From Candidatus Zixiibacteriota bacterium (lineage in GTDB: Bacteria > RBG-13-66-14 > B26-G2 > WVWN01), in contig JASFLY010000013.1 of NCBI GenBank assembly GCA_050117845.1, positions 1 through 64,000 on the forward strand: a stretch of DNA of 64,000 nt, in the 5' to 3' direction. Every line of letters begins with the position of its first letter. Position 1 is the first letter of the stretch. The notes under the pieces are model-generated. The model was not told where the DNA came from. It was given only the letters and a program-made list of their open reading frames with translations, and searched no databases. The position numbers and the translations under genes were made by a program. Shown in pieces: positions 53,509 through 62,553 of this stretch.

Positions 53509-54930
53509 TCACATAGGACCTCGGCCTTCGCCCCCGGCGTCCCGGCCTCGCCGTGACAAGTCGTCGGCCGGATCGCTTCCCAACCACTTGTCCATGACCG
53601 TACAGGCTGTCAAGTCGCCGGTCACGTTAATGGCAGTGCGGCTCATATCCAGAATCCGGTCCACACCTATGATTAGCGCGATGCCGCCCGGCGGGATTCC
53701 GACGCCGGCGAGTACGGTGGCCAGGATTACGATGCCCACCCCCGGCGTAGCCGGAGACCCTATCGACGCCCCGACCGTAGTTACCACGACCAACAGAAGG
53801 GCCCCGAGGCTCAGGTCGACGCCGAAGACCTGGGCCAGGAAGACGGTCGCCGCCCCCTGATACAACGCCGTCCCGTCCATGTTGACAGTCGTGCCCAGCG
53901 GCACCAGGAGTTGGGCGACCGAAGGTTTTATCCCCAACTTCTCCTCCGCGGTTTTGATCGTTACCGGCATGACGGCGGCCGAACTCGACGTCGAGAACGC
54001 CAGCAGCTGGACGTCCCGGACGCGGGCGAGGAAATTCCACGGGGACCGGCCGGACGCGATAAGCACGATTGTCAGATACACGACGAGCATGAGCAGCAGG
54101 CCCAAAAGGACCGTCCCCACGTATACCGTCATCCCGACCAGGACGTCGAAACCGACCCGCGACGTTATTTGGGCCAGTAGGCCGAAGACCGCTATCGGCG
54201 CCAGTACCATCGCCCATCGCACGATACGCAAACAGACGTCCTGGAGCGAGCTCAACAAATCGAGCAGCGGTTTGGACTGCTCCGGGGCCAGCGATACCAG
54301 CGCCAGGCCGAAGATAAGCGAGAAGAAGACGATCTTCAGCATCTCCTTGCTCACGACGGCGTTGAACGGGTTTGTCGGGATTAAACCGACGATTTTATCG
54401 GGTATGTCGGCGAGGCTCGGCGTTTCCTTTAAAGCTTCGGGGACTTCGGCGGGTTGTTCCTCCAGCGCCGCGCTTACGAGTTCCCGGTCCACGTATTCCC
54501 CTGGGGCGATGACCAGCGAGACGCCTATCCCTATCGTTATGGCGAGCGACGTGGTCGCGAGAAAGTAGAAGACGAGGCGCAGGCCCAGCCGGCGCAATTG
54601 GTCCATGTTTTCGCTGGCCGCGAGGCCCCCGATTATGGACGAGACGACCAGCGGGATGACTATCATCTGTATCAGCGTCAGGAATATATTGCCGGGTATG
54701 GCCAGCCAGTCGCCGATAACGCGGGACGTTTCCTCGCTTACCAGGCCGGCGGAGGGGCCGAGGAGTACCCCCGTGCCCACGCCCAGGGCCATGCCCAGGA
54801 GTATCTGGAGCCACAGGCGGCTCCGGATCAACCCCTGGAGTTGACCCGCCAGCCGGGCGAGATCCGGGGATTGGATCCTTTCGAGGGGGTGGGGCGTCGT
54901 GCTGGCTTTTCTCTTCTTAAACGGCCACAT
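53509..54930 (-). CDS. Dicarboxylate/amino acid:cation symporter (DAACS)
   Basis: AFSTSSSAAVMP, PLGTTVNMDGTALY, IGVDRILDMSRTAINVTGD. Confidence 0.93.
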   Translation of the reverse strand: MWPFKKRKASTTPHPLERIQSPDLARLAGQLQGLIRSRLWLQILLGMALGVGTGVLLGPSAGLVSEETSRVIGDWLAIPGNIFLTLIQMIVIPLVVSSIIGGLAASENMDQLRRLGLRLVFYFLATTSLAITIGIGVSLVIAPGEYVDRELVSAALEEQPAEVPEALKETPSLADIPDKIVGLIPTNPFNAVVSKEMLKIVFFSLIFGLALVSLAPEQSKPLLDLLSSLQDVCLRIVRWAMVLAPIAVFGLLAQITSRVGFDVLVGMTVYVGTVLLGLLLMLVVYLTIVLIASGRSPWNFLARVRDVQLLAFSTSSSAAVMPVTIKTAEEKLGIKPSVAQLLVPLGTTVNMDGTALYQGAATVFLAQVFGVDLSLGALLLVVVTTVGASIGSPATPGVGIVILATVLAGVGIPPGGIALIIGVDRILDMSRTAINVTGDLTACTVMDKWLGSDPADDLSRRGRDAGGEGRGPM

Positions 54931-54940
54931 TTATCGAATA

Positions 54941-55390
54941 TCAAACGTCGGGGTTAAGTTTCTTGGTGTAGTAGGCGACTTCCCGGAACGGCCTGTACCC
55001 GAGCCGTTCGAAGACGGCCGCGGAGGTGTCGTTCCAATCCTCGATGAGGCAGGCGAATATGCCGAGGCCAAGTTCGGCGAAGCGCCGTTCGACCTCGTCT
55101 ACGAGGGCCCGGCCTACGCCGAGGCGCCTGTGCGCCGGCGATACGACGAGGCGGTTTATCCACCCCTTGCGGCCGTCGTGCGTCCCCAACACCGCGCCCG
55201 CCAGCTCGCCGCCCACTTCCGCGCCGAGGTATACCGACGTCGGCTCGGGGAGTTGGGCCGTGAATGCCTCTCTGGTGTCGCGGCCCCGCGGTTTGTACGG
55301 CAGGCCGCCCTCTTCCCACAGGCGCACCAGTGCGTCGTAATCGTCGGCGCTCAGTTCTCGAAGCGTAATCGTTTTACCGTTTATTTTCAT
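54941..55390 (-). CDS. GNAT family N-acetyltransferase (YpeA-like)
   Basis: THDGRKGWINRLVVSPAHRRLGVG, FERLGY. Confidence 0.85.
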   Translation of the reverse strand: MKINGKTITLRELSADDYDALVRLWEEGGLPYKPRGRDTREAFTAQLPEPTSVYLGAEVGGELAGAVLGTHDGRKGWINRLVVSPAHRRLGVGRALVDEVERRFAELGLGIFACLIEDWNDTSAAVFERLGYRPFREVAYYTKKLNPDV

Positions 55391-55445
55391 AAGGATAGGC
55401 CGGCCTGGCGCCGCTCGGCGGGGTCCGAGGTCGGCGTCTTCGCCG

Positions 55446-55952
55446 TCAGGTATTCAGGCTGTAGAGTGAAACGTTAAGTATCGCGGCGAAGCTGACCCAC
55501 AGGATATAAGGGAGCATTAACAGCGCGGCCGGCCGCGATACGCGGTAGAACAGGATAATAGTTATAAGTATGCCGATCCAGAGCAGGGCGATGACCGCGA
55601 GGCCGGCGGCGGGGGAGCGGAGGCCGAAGAACGCGGCCGACCACAACACGTTGAGCACGAGCTGCACGTCGAACGCCGCCATGGCCGTTAGTACGCCCCT
55701 CTTCCGTATCCCCTTGTCCCAAACCAGGAAGGCCGCAACCGCCATGAGTAAATATAAGGTTATCCACGCCGGCGAGAACAGCCAGTTCGGCGGCGTGAAA
55801 GCGGGCTTGGCGAGTGAGGCGTACCAGGTAGGGATAGCGGGCGTCGTGAACAACGAGCCGATGAAGCCGGCCAACTGGCAGGCGACGACGCACGCCGCGA
55901 GTTTTAAAATCCGTACTATCAGACTACGTCGTTCCGTGTTGCCGTTCGCCAT
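55446..55952 (-). CDS. tspO: TspO/MBR family tryptophan-rich sensory protein
   Basis: WYASLAKPAFTPPNWLFSPAW, LNVLWS..FFG, PYILWVSFAAILN. Confidence 0.92.
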   Translation of the reverse strand: MANGNTERRSLIVRILKLAACVVACQLAGFIGSLFTTPAIPTWYASLAKPAFTPPNWLFSPAWITLYLLMAVAAFLVWDKGIRKRGVLTAMAAFDVQLVLNVLWSAAFFGLRSPAAGLAVIALLWIGILITIILFYRVSRPAALLMLPYILWVSFAAILNVSLYSLNT

Positions 55953-56145
55953 AATGAACACCCCCGGGGCGTCGGGCCCGCGGCCCGGTCGGCAATCGTA
56001 TTCGCTCTTTAGGATAATACCCTTATCCGGCGTTTTTCGCAACCCCTAATGGCTTTTTTCTAGCGCAAGTTTATACCGGCCGTTCTTCCGGGCGGGCGGG
56101 CAGGCCGCGGGGGCCTGGCCGGGGAGTAAACGCCAAATTTATTTG

Positions 56146-56175
56146 TTGACAATTTATTAATAATTATGTTATAAG
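56146..56175 (+). promoter_or_regulatory. sigma70-like promoter of rpsA
   Basis: TTGACA-18bp-TATAAG with TGn extension. Confidence 0.65.
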
Positions 56176-56237
56176 TTCAGCTTAAAAGAAGGGCCTTCGA
56201 GCTCTTCAAATCCAATGATGAGAGGAAGATAGAATTA

Positions 56238-58487
56238 ATGACCGAAGAAACCACAATATCGCGTGAACCGGAACAGACCCGGGAGCGCCCGACGGGCGGT
56301 AAAGCGCGACAAGAACACCGGATGGAGCCGGTGTTGGAAGACGCCGAAGCCTTCGACCCGAAAGAGTTCGAAGAGTTGGCGGGGTTGTACGAAGACTCGT
56401 TTCGCGACATCGAGGAGAACGAGATTGTTACCGGGACCGTGGTCGCGGTAACCGACGAAGAAGTCCTGGTCGATATCGGATACAAATCCGAGGGGACTAT
56501 CAACCTGGGCGAGTTCGCCGAAGAGGGGGCAGTGGAGGTTGGCGATAAGGTAGAGGTTTATCTCGAAAAAAAGGAAGACCAGGACGGCGTCATCGTACTG
56601 TCGAAAGAGAAGGCCGATTTCTATCGGGCCTGGGACCAGGTGCGCGACGTCTATGAAACGGGCGGGGACATCGAAGGACGAATCCTCAACCGGGTACGGG
56701 GCGGATTCATCGTCGACATCGGCGTGAAGGCGTTTCTGCCGGCCTCCCAGCTCGACCTGCGGCCGGTGCGCGATTTCGAGCCGTACATCGGCGAAGCCTT
56801 CCGGATGAAAATTATCAAGGTTAACAAGCGCCGGCGGAACATCGTTCTGTCCCGCAAGGCGCTTTTGATGGAGGAGCGCGAGGAGAAGCGCAAGCGCCTT
56901 CTCGAGACCATCGAGGTCGGCGCGGTGCTGGATGGCGAAGTCAAGAACATCACCGACTTCGGCGCGTTCGTCGACCTGGACGGCCTGGACGGCCTCCTCC
57001 ATATAACGGACCTCTCCCGCGGCCGGGTGAACCATCCGTCCGAGGTAGTGTCCGTGGGCGAGAAACTGGAAGTGCTCGTGACCGATTTCGATCCCGAGTC
57101 CGGCCGGGTTTCTTTGAGCCTCAAGGAACTGCAGGATGACCCGTGGGAAACGGTGGCGAGCCGTTACCACGAGGGCGACCGCGTCATCGGCAAGGTCGTA
57201 TCCATCGTCGATTACGGCGCGTTCGTCGAACTCGAACCCGGCGTCGAGGGCCTGATACACGTGTCCGAGATGTCCTGGACCCAGCGCGTGAAGCACCCGT
57301 CGAAGGTCCTGTCGGTGGGCGACGAGATAGGCGTGGTCATCCTCAAAATTGACGACCAGCACAAACGCATATCACTGGGCCTGCGGCAGACGATGCCCAA
57401 TCCCTGGGATACCATCGAGGAGCGCTACCCGCCCGGCAGTAAGATAAAGGGCCTGGCGAAGAACATCACCGAATTCGGCGTCTTCGTGGAACTCGAAGAG
57501 GGCATCGACGGCCTTATTCACATTTCCGACATCTCCTGGACCAAGCGCGTTCGCCACCCTTCCGAGGTCTACAAGAAGGGCGACGCCGTCGAGGCGGTCG
57601 TGTTGACCATAGACTCCGTCAACCGGCGCATTTCTTTGGGCGTCAAACAGCTCGAGCGCGACCCCTGGGCCAAGGTGGAGGAGCGGTACCCCGTCGGCGA
57701 GTACGTCGAGGGCGACGTCATTCGCGTAACGCCGTACGGCGCCATCGTCAAACTCGAGGACGACATTGAGGGCCTGCTTCATATTTCCGAGATAGCCGGC
57801 CGCCGGATTAACCGCGTCGAGGACGTACTCGACGCCGGCGACCGCATCAAGGTAAAGATAATCAACATCTCGCCCCGCGAGCGCCGCATCAATCTGAGCC
57901 TCTGGCAGTATCAGAACGAGACCGGCGACAAGGGTATCGATAAGGGCGGCGGCATGGAAACGCTGGCCGCCGAGGAAGCCAAAGCCGCGGCGTCCCTGTC
58001 GGCGCCGGACGACGAAGACGAGGAAGAAGTCGACGACGCCGAATCGGCCGAAGGTGAAGAAGAGGGCGTCGACGCGGAAGAGGCTGAAGAAGTTGAGGCC
58101 GAAGCCGAGGCTGAAGAAGTTGAGGCCGAAGCGTCGCCCGAGGCCGAGGCGGAGACAAGCGAAGCCGAGGCCGAAGAAACCGCGGCCGCGGAAGAGGAAG
58201 TCGAAGCCGCCGTTGAGGAAACGGAGGCCGCGGTCGAAGAGGTTGAAGCCGCCGTCGAGGAAGCTGAGGGCGAGGCCGAAGCCGAGAACGTCGCCGCGGA
58301 AGCGGCCGACGAGGCCGAAGAATCTCCCGAGGCCGAAGCCGAAGCGGCCGAAGAGGTCGAGGAAAGCGCGGCCGAAGAAACCGGAGAAACCGAGGAAGAA
58401 ACGGAAGAAGCCCCCGCCGAAAGCGGCGATGGGGAAGAGGCCGAGACGGCCGAGCCCGAACCCGAATCGGAACCGGAGAAAGAGTAA
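56238..58487 (+). CDS. rpsA: 30S ribosomal protein S1 with long acidic C-terminal tail
   Basis: Six S1 repeats (VDIGYKSEG, FGAFVDL, GLLHITDLS, GLIHVSEMSW), then an E/A-rich tail. Confidence 0.95.
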   Translation: MTEETTISREPEQTRERPTGGKARQEHRMEPVLEDAEAFDPKEFEELAGLYEDSFRDIEENEIVTGTVVAVTDEEVLVDIGYKSEGTINLGEFAEEGAVEVGDKVEVYLEKKEDQDGVIVLSKEKADFYRAWDQVRDVYETGGDIEGRILNRVRGGFIVDIGVKAFLPASQLDLRPVRDFEPYIGEAFRMKIIKVNKRRRNIVLSRKALLMEEREEKRKRLLETIEVGAVLDGEVKNITDFGAFVDLDGLDGLLHITDLSRGRVNHPSEVVSVGEKLEVLVTDFDPESGRVSLSLKELQDDPWETVASRYHEGDRVIGKVVSIVDYGAFVELEPGVEGLIHVSEMSWTQRVKHPSKVLSVGDEIGVVILKIDDQHKRISLGLRQTMPNPWDTIEERYPPGSKIKGLAKNITEFGVFVELEEGIDGLIHISDISWTKRVRHPSEVYKKGDAVEAVVLTIDSVNRRISLGVKQLERDPWAKVEERYPVGEYVEGDVIRVTPYGAIVKLEDDIEGLLHISEIAGRRINRVEDVLDAGDRIKVKIINISPRERRINLSLWQYQNETGDKGIDKGGGMETLAAEEAKAAASLSAPDDEDEEEVDDAESAEGEEEGVDAEEAEEVEAEAEAEEVEAEASPEAEAETSEAEAEETAAAEEEVEAAVEETEAAVEEVEAAVEEAEGEAEAENVAAEAADEAEESPEAEAEAAEEVEESAAEETGETEEETEEAPAESGDGEEAETAEPEPESEPEKE

Positions 58488-58506
58488 AACGACTACAATA
58501 ACGAGG

Positions 58507-58538
58507 CGGCGGCTTCTTAACCGGAGCCGCCGTTTTTT
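58507..58538 (+). terminator. Intrinsic terminator after rpsA
   Basis: CGGCGGCTTC...GGAGCCGCCG followed by TTTTTT. Confidence 0.7.
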
Positions 58539-58559
58539 AGCCTCCCCGAAAGGCCCCGT

Positions 58560-59978
58560 TTGGAAAACGAAGGCACCTTCCCCCGGGTAATATTGCTGGG
58601 CCGGCCCAACGTCGGCAAGTCGACGATGTTCAACCGGCTGGTGGGCCGGAACATCGCCATGACCGATTCCCGGCCCCACACGACGCGGGACGTCCTGGCC
58701 GAGATCTGCCGCTTCGGCGACGCCGGTTTCGAGCTCGTGGACGCGGCGGGCTTTCTGGCCACGCCGGACGACACGTTGGCCCAGAGCATCAAACGGGGGT
58801 TGGACGCCGCCGCGGCCTCGGCCGACCTGGTAGTCCTCCTCTTCGACGGCCGCGAGGGCCTGCTGCCGCTCGACCGGGAACTGGCGGACTTCGTGCGGCG
58901 CCTCCACAAGCCGGTCGTCCCCGTGGTAAACAAAATAGATTCGCCGTCGCTTGTGGGGGAGGCTGCGGACTTCTACGAGCTGGGCTTCGAGCGCGAACCG
59001 GTGGTGGCGAGCGCGACCAACGGCTACAACTGCCGCGAACTCGTGGACGTCATCCTGGAGGAACTCGGCCCCGCGGCGAACGTGGTCGAGAGGGAGGACG
59101 AGGAGCGTCTCACCGTCGCCATCGTGGGCCGACCCAACGTCGGCAAGTCGTCGCTTCTGAACCGCCTCGCCGGCAGCGACCGCGTCGTCGTGCACGAGAC
59201 GCCGGGGACCACCCGCGACGCGGTGGACGTGGCCATCGAGCACGAGGGCCGGGAATACCTCTTCGTCGATACGGCGGGGATAAGGCGCCGCGCCCGGGCC
59301 AAGGAACGCCTCGAGCTCTGGAGCCTGGGGAAGTCTTTCGGGGCGGTCAAACGCGCGTCCGTCGTGCTTTTGGTACTGGACGGGGCCGAGGGGCCGACCG
59401 CCCAGGACGCCAAAATCGCCGGCTACGCCGACCACAACGGCCGCGGCTTACTCCTTTTCGTCAACAAGACCGACCTTCTGATAGCCCGCAAAGAGAAAGA
59501 AGCGAAAGAGGCGGATGAAGCGGACGAAGACGCCCCGCCGCCGGAGGACGTCACGCCCGAAGAGCGGGTGGCGAGGCTCCTGGCTAACGTGCGCGAGGAA
59601 CTCAATTTCGCGACCTACGCCTCCGCCCTCACGGGCTCGGCGACCGAGGGAATCGACGTCGACCAGGTGTTCCGGGCCATCGGCGAGGTGGACGAGAACC
59701 GTCGCGCCCGGCTGGGCACGGGCGGGTTGAACCGCTACCTGCGCGAAGCGATGGAGCGGCGCAGGTTCCGGGCGGGCCAGAAGGAAATCCGCCTGCTTTA
59801 CGCCACGCAGGTCTCCACCGCGCCTCCCACCTTCCACCTGTTCCTGAACGTGAGCAGGAAGCCGCCCCTCACGTTCACCCGCTTCATCGAGAACCGCCTG
59901 CGCGAGGCCTTCCCGCTCGTGGGTACGCCGATACGGCTGGTGTTTCGCCTGCGCGATTCGGCGTCGGCCAGAAAATAG
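58560..59978 (+). CDS. der: Ribosome biogenesis GTPase Der (EngA)
   Basis: Two GRPNVGKS GTPase domains, TTRD, DTAG, NKID/NKTD, C-terminal KH-like GTPIRL. Confidence 0.95.
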   Translation: MENEGTFPRVILLGRPNVGKSTMFNRLVGRNIAMTDSRPHTTRDVLAEICRFGDAGFELVDAAGFLATPDDTLAQSIKRGLDAAAASADLVVLLFDGREGLLPLDRELADFVRRLHKPVVPVVNKIDSPSLVGEAADFYELGFEREPVVASATNGYNCRELVDVILEELGPAANVVEREDEERLTVAIVGRPNVGKSSLLNRLAGSDRVVVHETPGTTRDAVDVAIEHEGREYLFVDTAGIRRRARAKERLELWSLGKSFGAVKRASVVLLVLDGAEGPTAQDAKIAGYADHNGRGLLLFVNKTDLLIARKEKEAKEADEADEDAPPPEDVTPEERVARLLANVREELNFATYASALTGSATEGIDVDQVFRAIGEVDENRRARLGTGGLNRYLREAMERRRFRAGQKEIRLLYATQVSTAPPTFHLFLNVSRKPPLTFTRFIENRLREAFPLVGTPIRLVFRLRDSASARK

Positions 59979-60016
59979 TTGTAGGCCGCCGCGCGCGATG
60001 TTAACTTTTTAGGCTG

Positions 60017-60643
60017 ATGATACTCGTCTATGTAGGAATCGTCCTCGGCGCTTTTATCTTCGGAGCCGTCCCCTTCTCCTGGGTCCTCGGTAAAATTGCC
60101 GGATACGATCTGCGACGGCACGGCTCCGGGAACCCCGGCGCCACCAACCTGTACCGCACCGCCGGCGCGAAGTGGGGCATCCCGGGGTTGCTTCTGGATA
60201 TCGGGAAGGGCGTCGGCGCGGTCGTCATCGCGCGGTTGCTGTTCCCGGACGTCGCGGCCGCCGGCGTATGCGCGGCCGCCGGGGCCATCGCCGGCCACAT
60301 CTGGACGCCGTTCCTCGGCTTCCGGGGCGGCAAGGGCGTCGCGACGGCCACGGGGGCGTTCCTGGCCCTCTCTCCCGTATTGATAATCTTCGCGTTCCTC
60401 GTGTTCGCCGTCATCGTCGCCATAACGCGTTACGTTTCTTTGGGTTCTATTACGGCGGCGGCGGCGGCTTTCGTCGGTTCCTTCGGAATCCCTCTCATCC
60501 TCGGCAAGCCGGTCGACGTGTATTTCGTCGTCCTGGTCGGCGTATGCGCCGTGGTGATAATTTTCGCTCATCGGGGGAATATATCCCGGCTCCTGGCCGG
60601 GACAGAAGGCCGGCTAGGCAAATCGAAAGCGGACAAAAAGTGA
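60017..60643 (+). CDS. plsY: Glycerol-3-phosphate acyltransferase PlsY
   Basis: GSGNPGATN, FRGGKGVAT, HRGNISRL. Confidence 0.95.
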   Translation: MILVYVGIVLGAFIFGAVPFSWVLGKIAGYDLRRHGSGNPGATNLYRTAGAKWGIPGLLLDIGKGVGAVVIARLLFPDVAAAGVCAAAGAIAGHIWTPFLGFRGGKGVATATGAFLALSPVLIIFAFLVFAVIVAITRYVSLGSITAAAAAFVGSFGIPLILGKPVDVYFVVLVGVCAVVIIFAHRGNISRLLAGTEGRLGKSKADKK

Positions 60644-61650
60644 GTACCGAGAAAAAAACGGTGGCGGTTTTGGGCGCCGGGTCCTGGGGCGTTACGCTCG
60701 CCCGGGTCTTCGCCGAAAACGGCCATAGCGTCCGGCTGTGGTGCTATCTTCCGGAGGAGTACGAAATACTCTCGGCCCACCGCGAGCGCCGGGATATCCT
60801 GCCGGGGATAGTAGTGCCCGATTCGGTCGCCTTCTCGACCGACGCGGCCGAGGTCGTCGCCGGGGCCGACGCCGTCTTCTTCGTCGTGCCGTCCTTCGGC
60901 GTGCGGGCGACGGCCGCGAAGATAGCCGCCGCGTGCGACGGCTCGCAAATAGCAGTTTCCGCCGCCAAGGGCCTGGAGGAGGGGACTTTCCTCCGGATGA
61001 CCGAGGTCATGGCCGACGAGTTGGGCGACCGGGCCCGGGGCTTCGTTTCCTTCTCGGGGCCGAGCCACGCCGAGGAAGTTTCGCGCCGCATACCGACGAC
61101 TATAGTGGCCGCGGCCGCGGACGATGGCGTGGCGCGGGAGGTCCGCGACCTGGCGTTCGCCCCTTACCTCCGCGTTTACACGAACACGGACGTGTTGGGC
61201 GTCGAGTACGGCGCGGCCCTCAAGAACGTAATCGCCATCGCGGCCGGCGTCGTGGACGGCCTCGGCTACGGCGACAACACCAAGGCGGCGCTCCTCACGC
61301 GGGGCCTCGCCGAGATCAGTCGGCTGGGCGTGGCCCGGGGCGCGGACCCGCTGACCTTCGCGGGTCTCTCGGGCCTGGGGGACCTGGTGGTAACGTGCAT
61401 GAGCCGGCACAGCCGCAACCGCTACGTCGGCGAGGAGCTGGGCCGCGGCCGCCCGCTGGACGATATACTCGATTCCATGCAGATGGTGGCCGAGGGCGTA
61501 CGAACGACAAAAGTCGCCCGCGCTTTGTCGGTGGAAGCGGCCGTCGAGATGCCGATTACCGAAGCCATGTATCAGGTTATGTTCGAAGGGCGAGCGCCAC
61601 GCGCCGCTGTCACGGAATTGATGGGCCGAACTCCCAAATCGGAATTGTAA
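60640..61650 (+). CDS. gpsA: NAD(P)H-dependent glycerol-3-phosphate dehydrogenase
   Basis: GAGSWG, SGPSHAEE, ALKNVIAIAAG, GLSGLGDL..TC.S.HSRNR; GTG start overlaps the plsY stop. Confidence 0.95.
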   Translation: MSTEKKTVAVLGAGSWGVTLARVFAENGHSVRLWCYLPEEYEILSAHRERRDILPGIVVPDSVAFSTDAAEVVAGADAVFFVVPSFGVRATAAKIAAACDGSQIAVSAAKGLEEGTFLRMTEVMADELGDRARGFVSFSGPSHAEEVSRRIPTTIVAAAADDGVAREVRDLAFAPYLRVYTNTDVLGVEYGAALKNVIAIAAGVVDGLGYGDNTKAALLTRGLAEISRLGVARGADPLTFAGLSGLGDLVVTCMSRHSRNRYVGEELGRGRPLDDILDSMQMVAEGVRTTKVARALSVEAAVEMPITEAMYQVMFEGRAPRAAVTELMGRTPKSEL

Positions 61651-61706
61651 ACCGACCTACGCGTAATTAACCTTGATTTGCGTCGATAATATCTTTATAT
61701 TATACT

Positions 61707-62012
61707 ATGAGGATAGGCTACGTTGTCGGTATGGTGGTTTCGACGGTCAAGGACGAGGGGATTAGGGGCCTGAAGCTCCTCCTCGTCGAAGACTGCGACA
61801 TTAACGGCCGCGGCCGTGGCACTTATTACGTCGCCGCCGACGCCGTGGGAGCCGGGAAGGGAGAGGTCGTGTTGACCGCGGCCGGTTCTTCCGCCCGGCA
61901 AACCGAGATGACCCGCAACCGGCCCGTCGACGCCGTCGTAATGGCCATAGTGGAATCGGTGGAGGCCGACGGCGAAATAAGCTATCGCAAGAGCGCCGGG
62001 GTGCCCCGGTGA
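61707..62012 (+). CDS. EutN/CcmL family microcompartment pentamer protein
   Basis: [50 protein letters not shown]. Confidence 0.9.
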   Translation: MRIGYVVGMVVSTVKDEGIRGLKLLLVEDCDINGRGRGTYYVAADAVGAGKGEVVLTAAGSSARQTEMTRNRPVDAVVMAIVESVEADGEISYRKSAGVPR

Positions 62013-62290
62013 GGGCGGGGCGAGTGATAGGGTGCGTCGTCGCGACGCGGGTATACGAGGGCCTGGAGGGCAGGAAGCTGCTTCTGGTTGACCCCATCGA
62101 CGCCGAGGACGAAGTGGACGGCGAGCCGTTCGTGGCGTGCGACGTAGTGGGGGCGGGCCCCGGGTCCCGGGTTATCTGGCTGGGCGGCCGGGAGGCCTCG
62201 CTGGCGCTGGACCCGCCCGGCGGGCCGGTGGACGCGACCTGCGTCGCGATTCTGGAGCGGCACGGCGGCGTTAAAGGGGAAGACTTCTAA
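62009..62290 (+). CDS. EutN/CcmL family microcompartment pentamer protein
   Basis: [10 protein letters not shown]...[26 protein letters not shown]. Confidence 0.85.
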   Translation: MRAGRVIGCVVATRVYEGLEGRKLLLVDPIDAEDEVDGEPFVACDVVGAGPGSRVIWLGGREASLALDPPGGPVDATCVAILERHGGVKGEDF

Positions 62291-62553
62291 TGGAACTGGG
62301 ACGCGTGGTAGGCCCCGCGCCGTCGACGGTGAAACATCCTAAATTGGAAGGTTTGAAACTGCTCATGGTCGAACCGGAGGGCGGAAGCGGCGGGGGAGCG
62401 GTAATCGCCTGGGACCTGGTCGACGCGGGCCGCGGCGACCGGGTGTTGATAATGCGGGAAGGGGGCGCCGCCATTCGGCTGCTGGGCCGGGGGGAAGCGC
62501 CCGTAAGGACCGTACTGGTAGGACACGTCGAGAGAGTAGATGGCCCCGAGTAA
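62290..62553 (+). CDS. EutN/CcmL family microcompartment pentamer protein
   Basis: GRVVG..STVKHPKLEGLKLLMV, DLVDAGRGDRVLIMREGGAA, PVRTVLVGHVE. Confidence 0.85.
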   Translation: MELGRVVGPAPSTVKHPKLEGLKLLMVEPEGGSGGGAVIAWDLVDAGRGDRVLIMREGGAAIRLLGRGEAPVRTVLVGHVERVDGPE

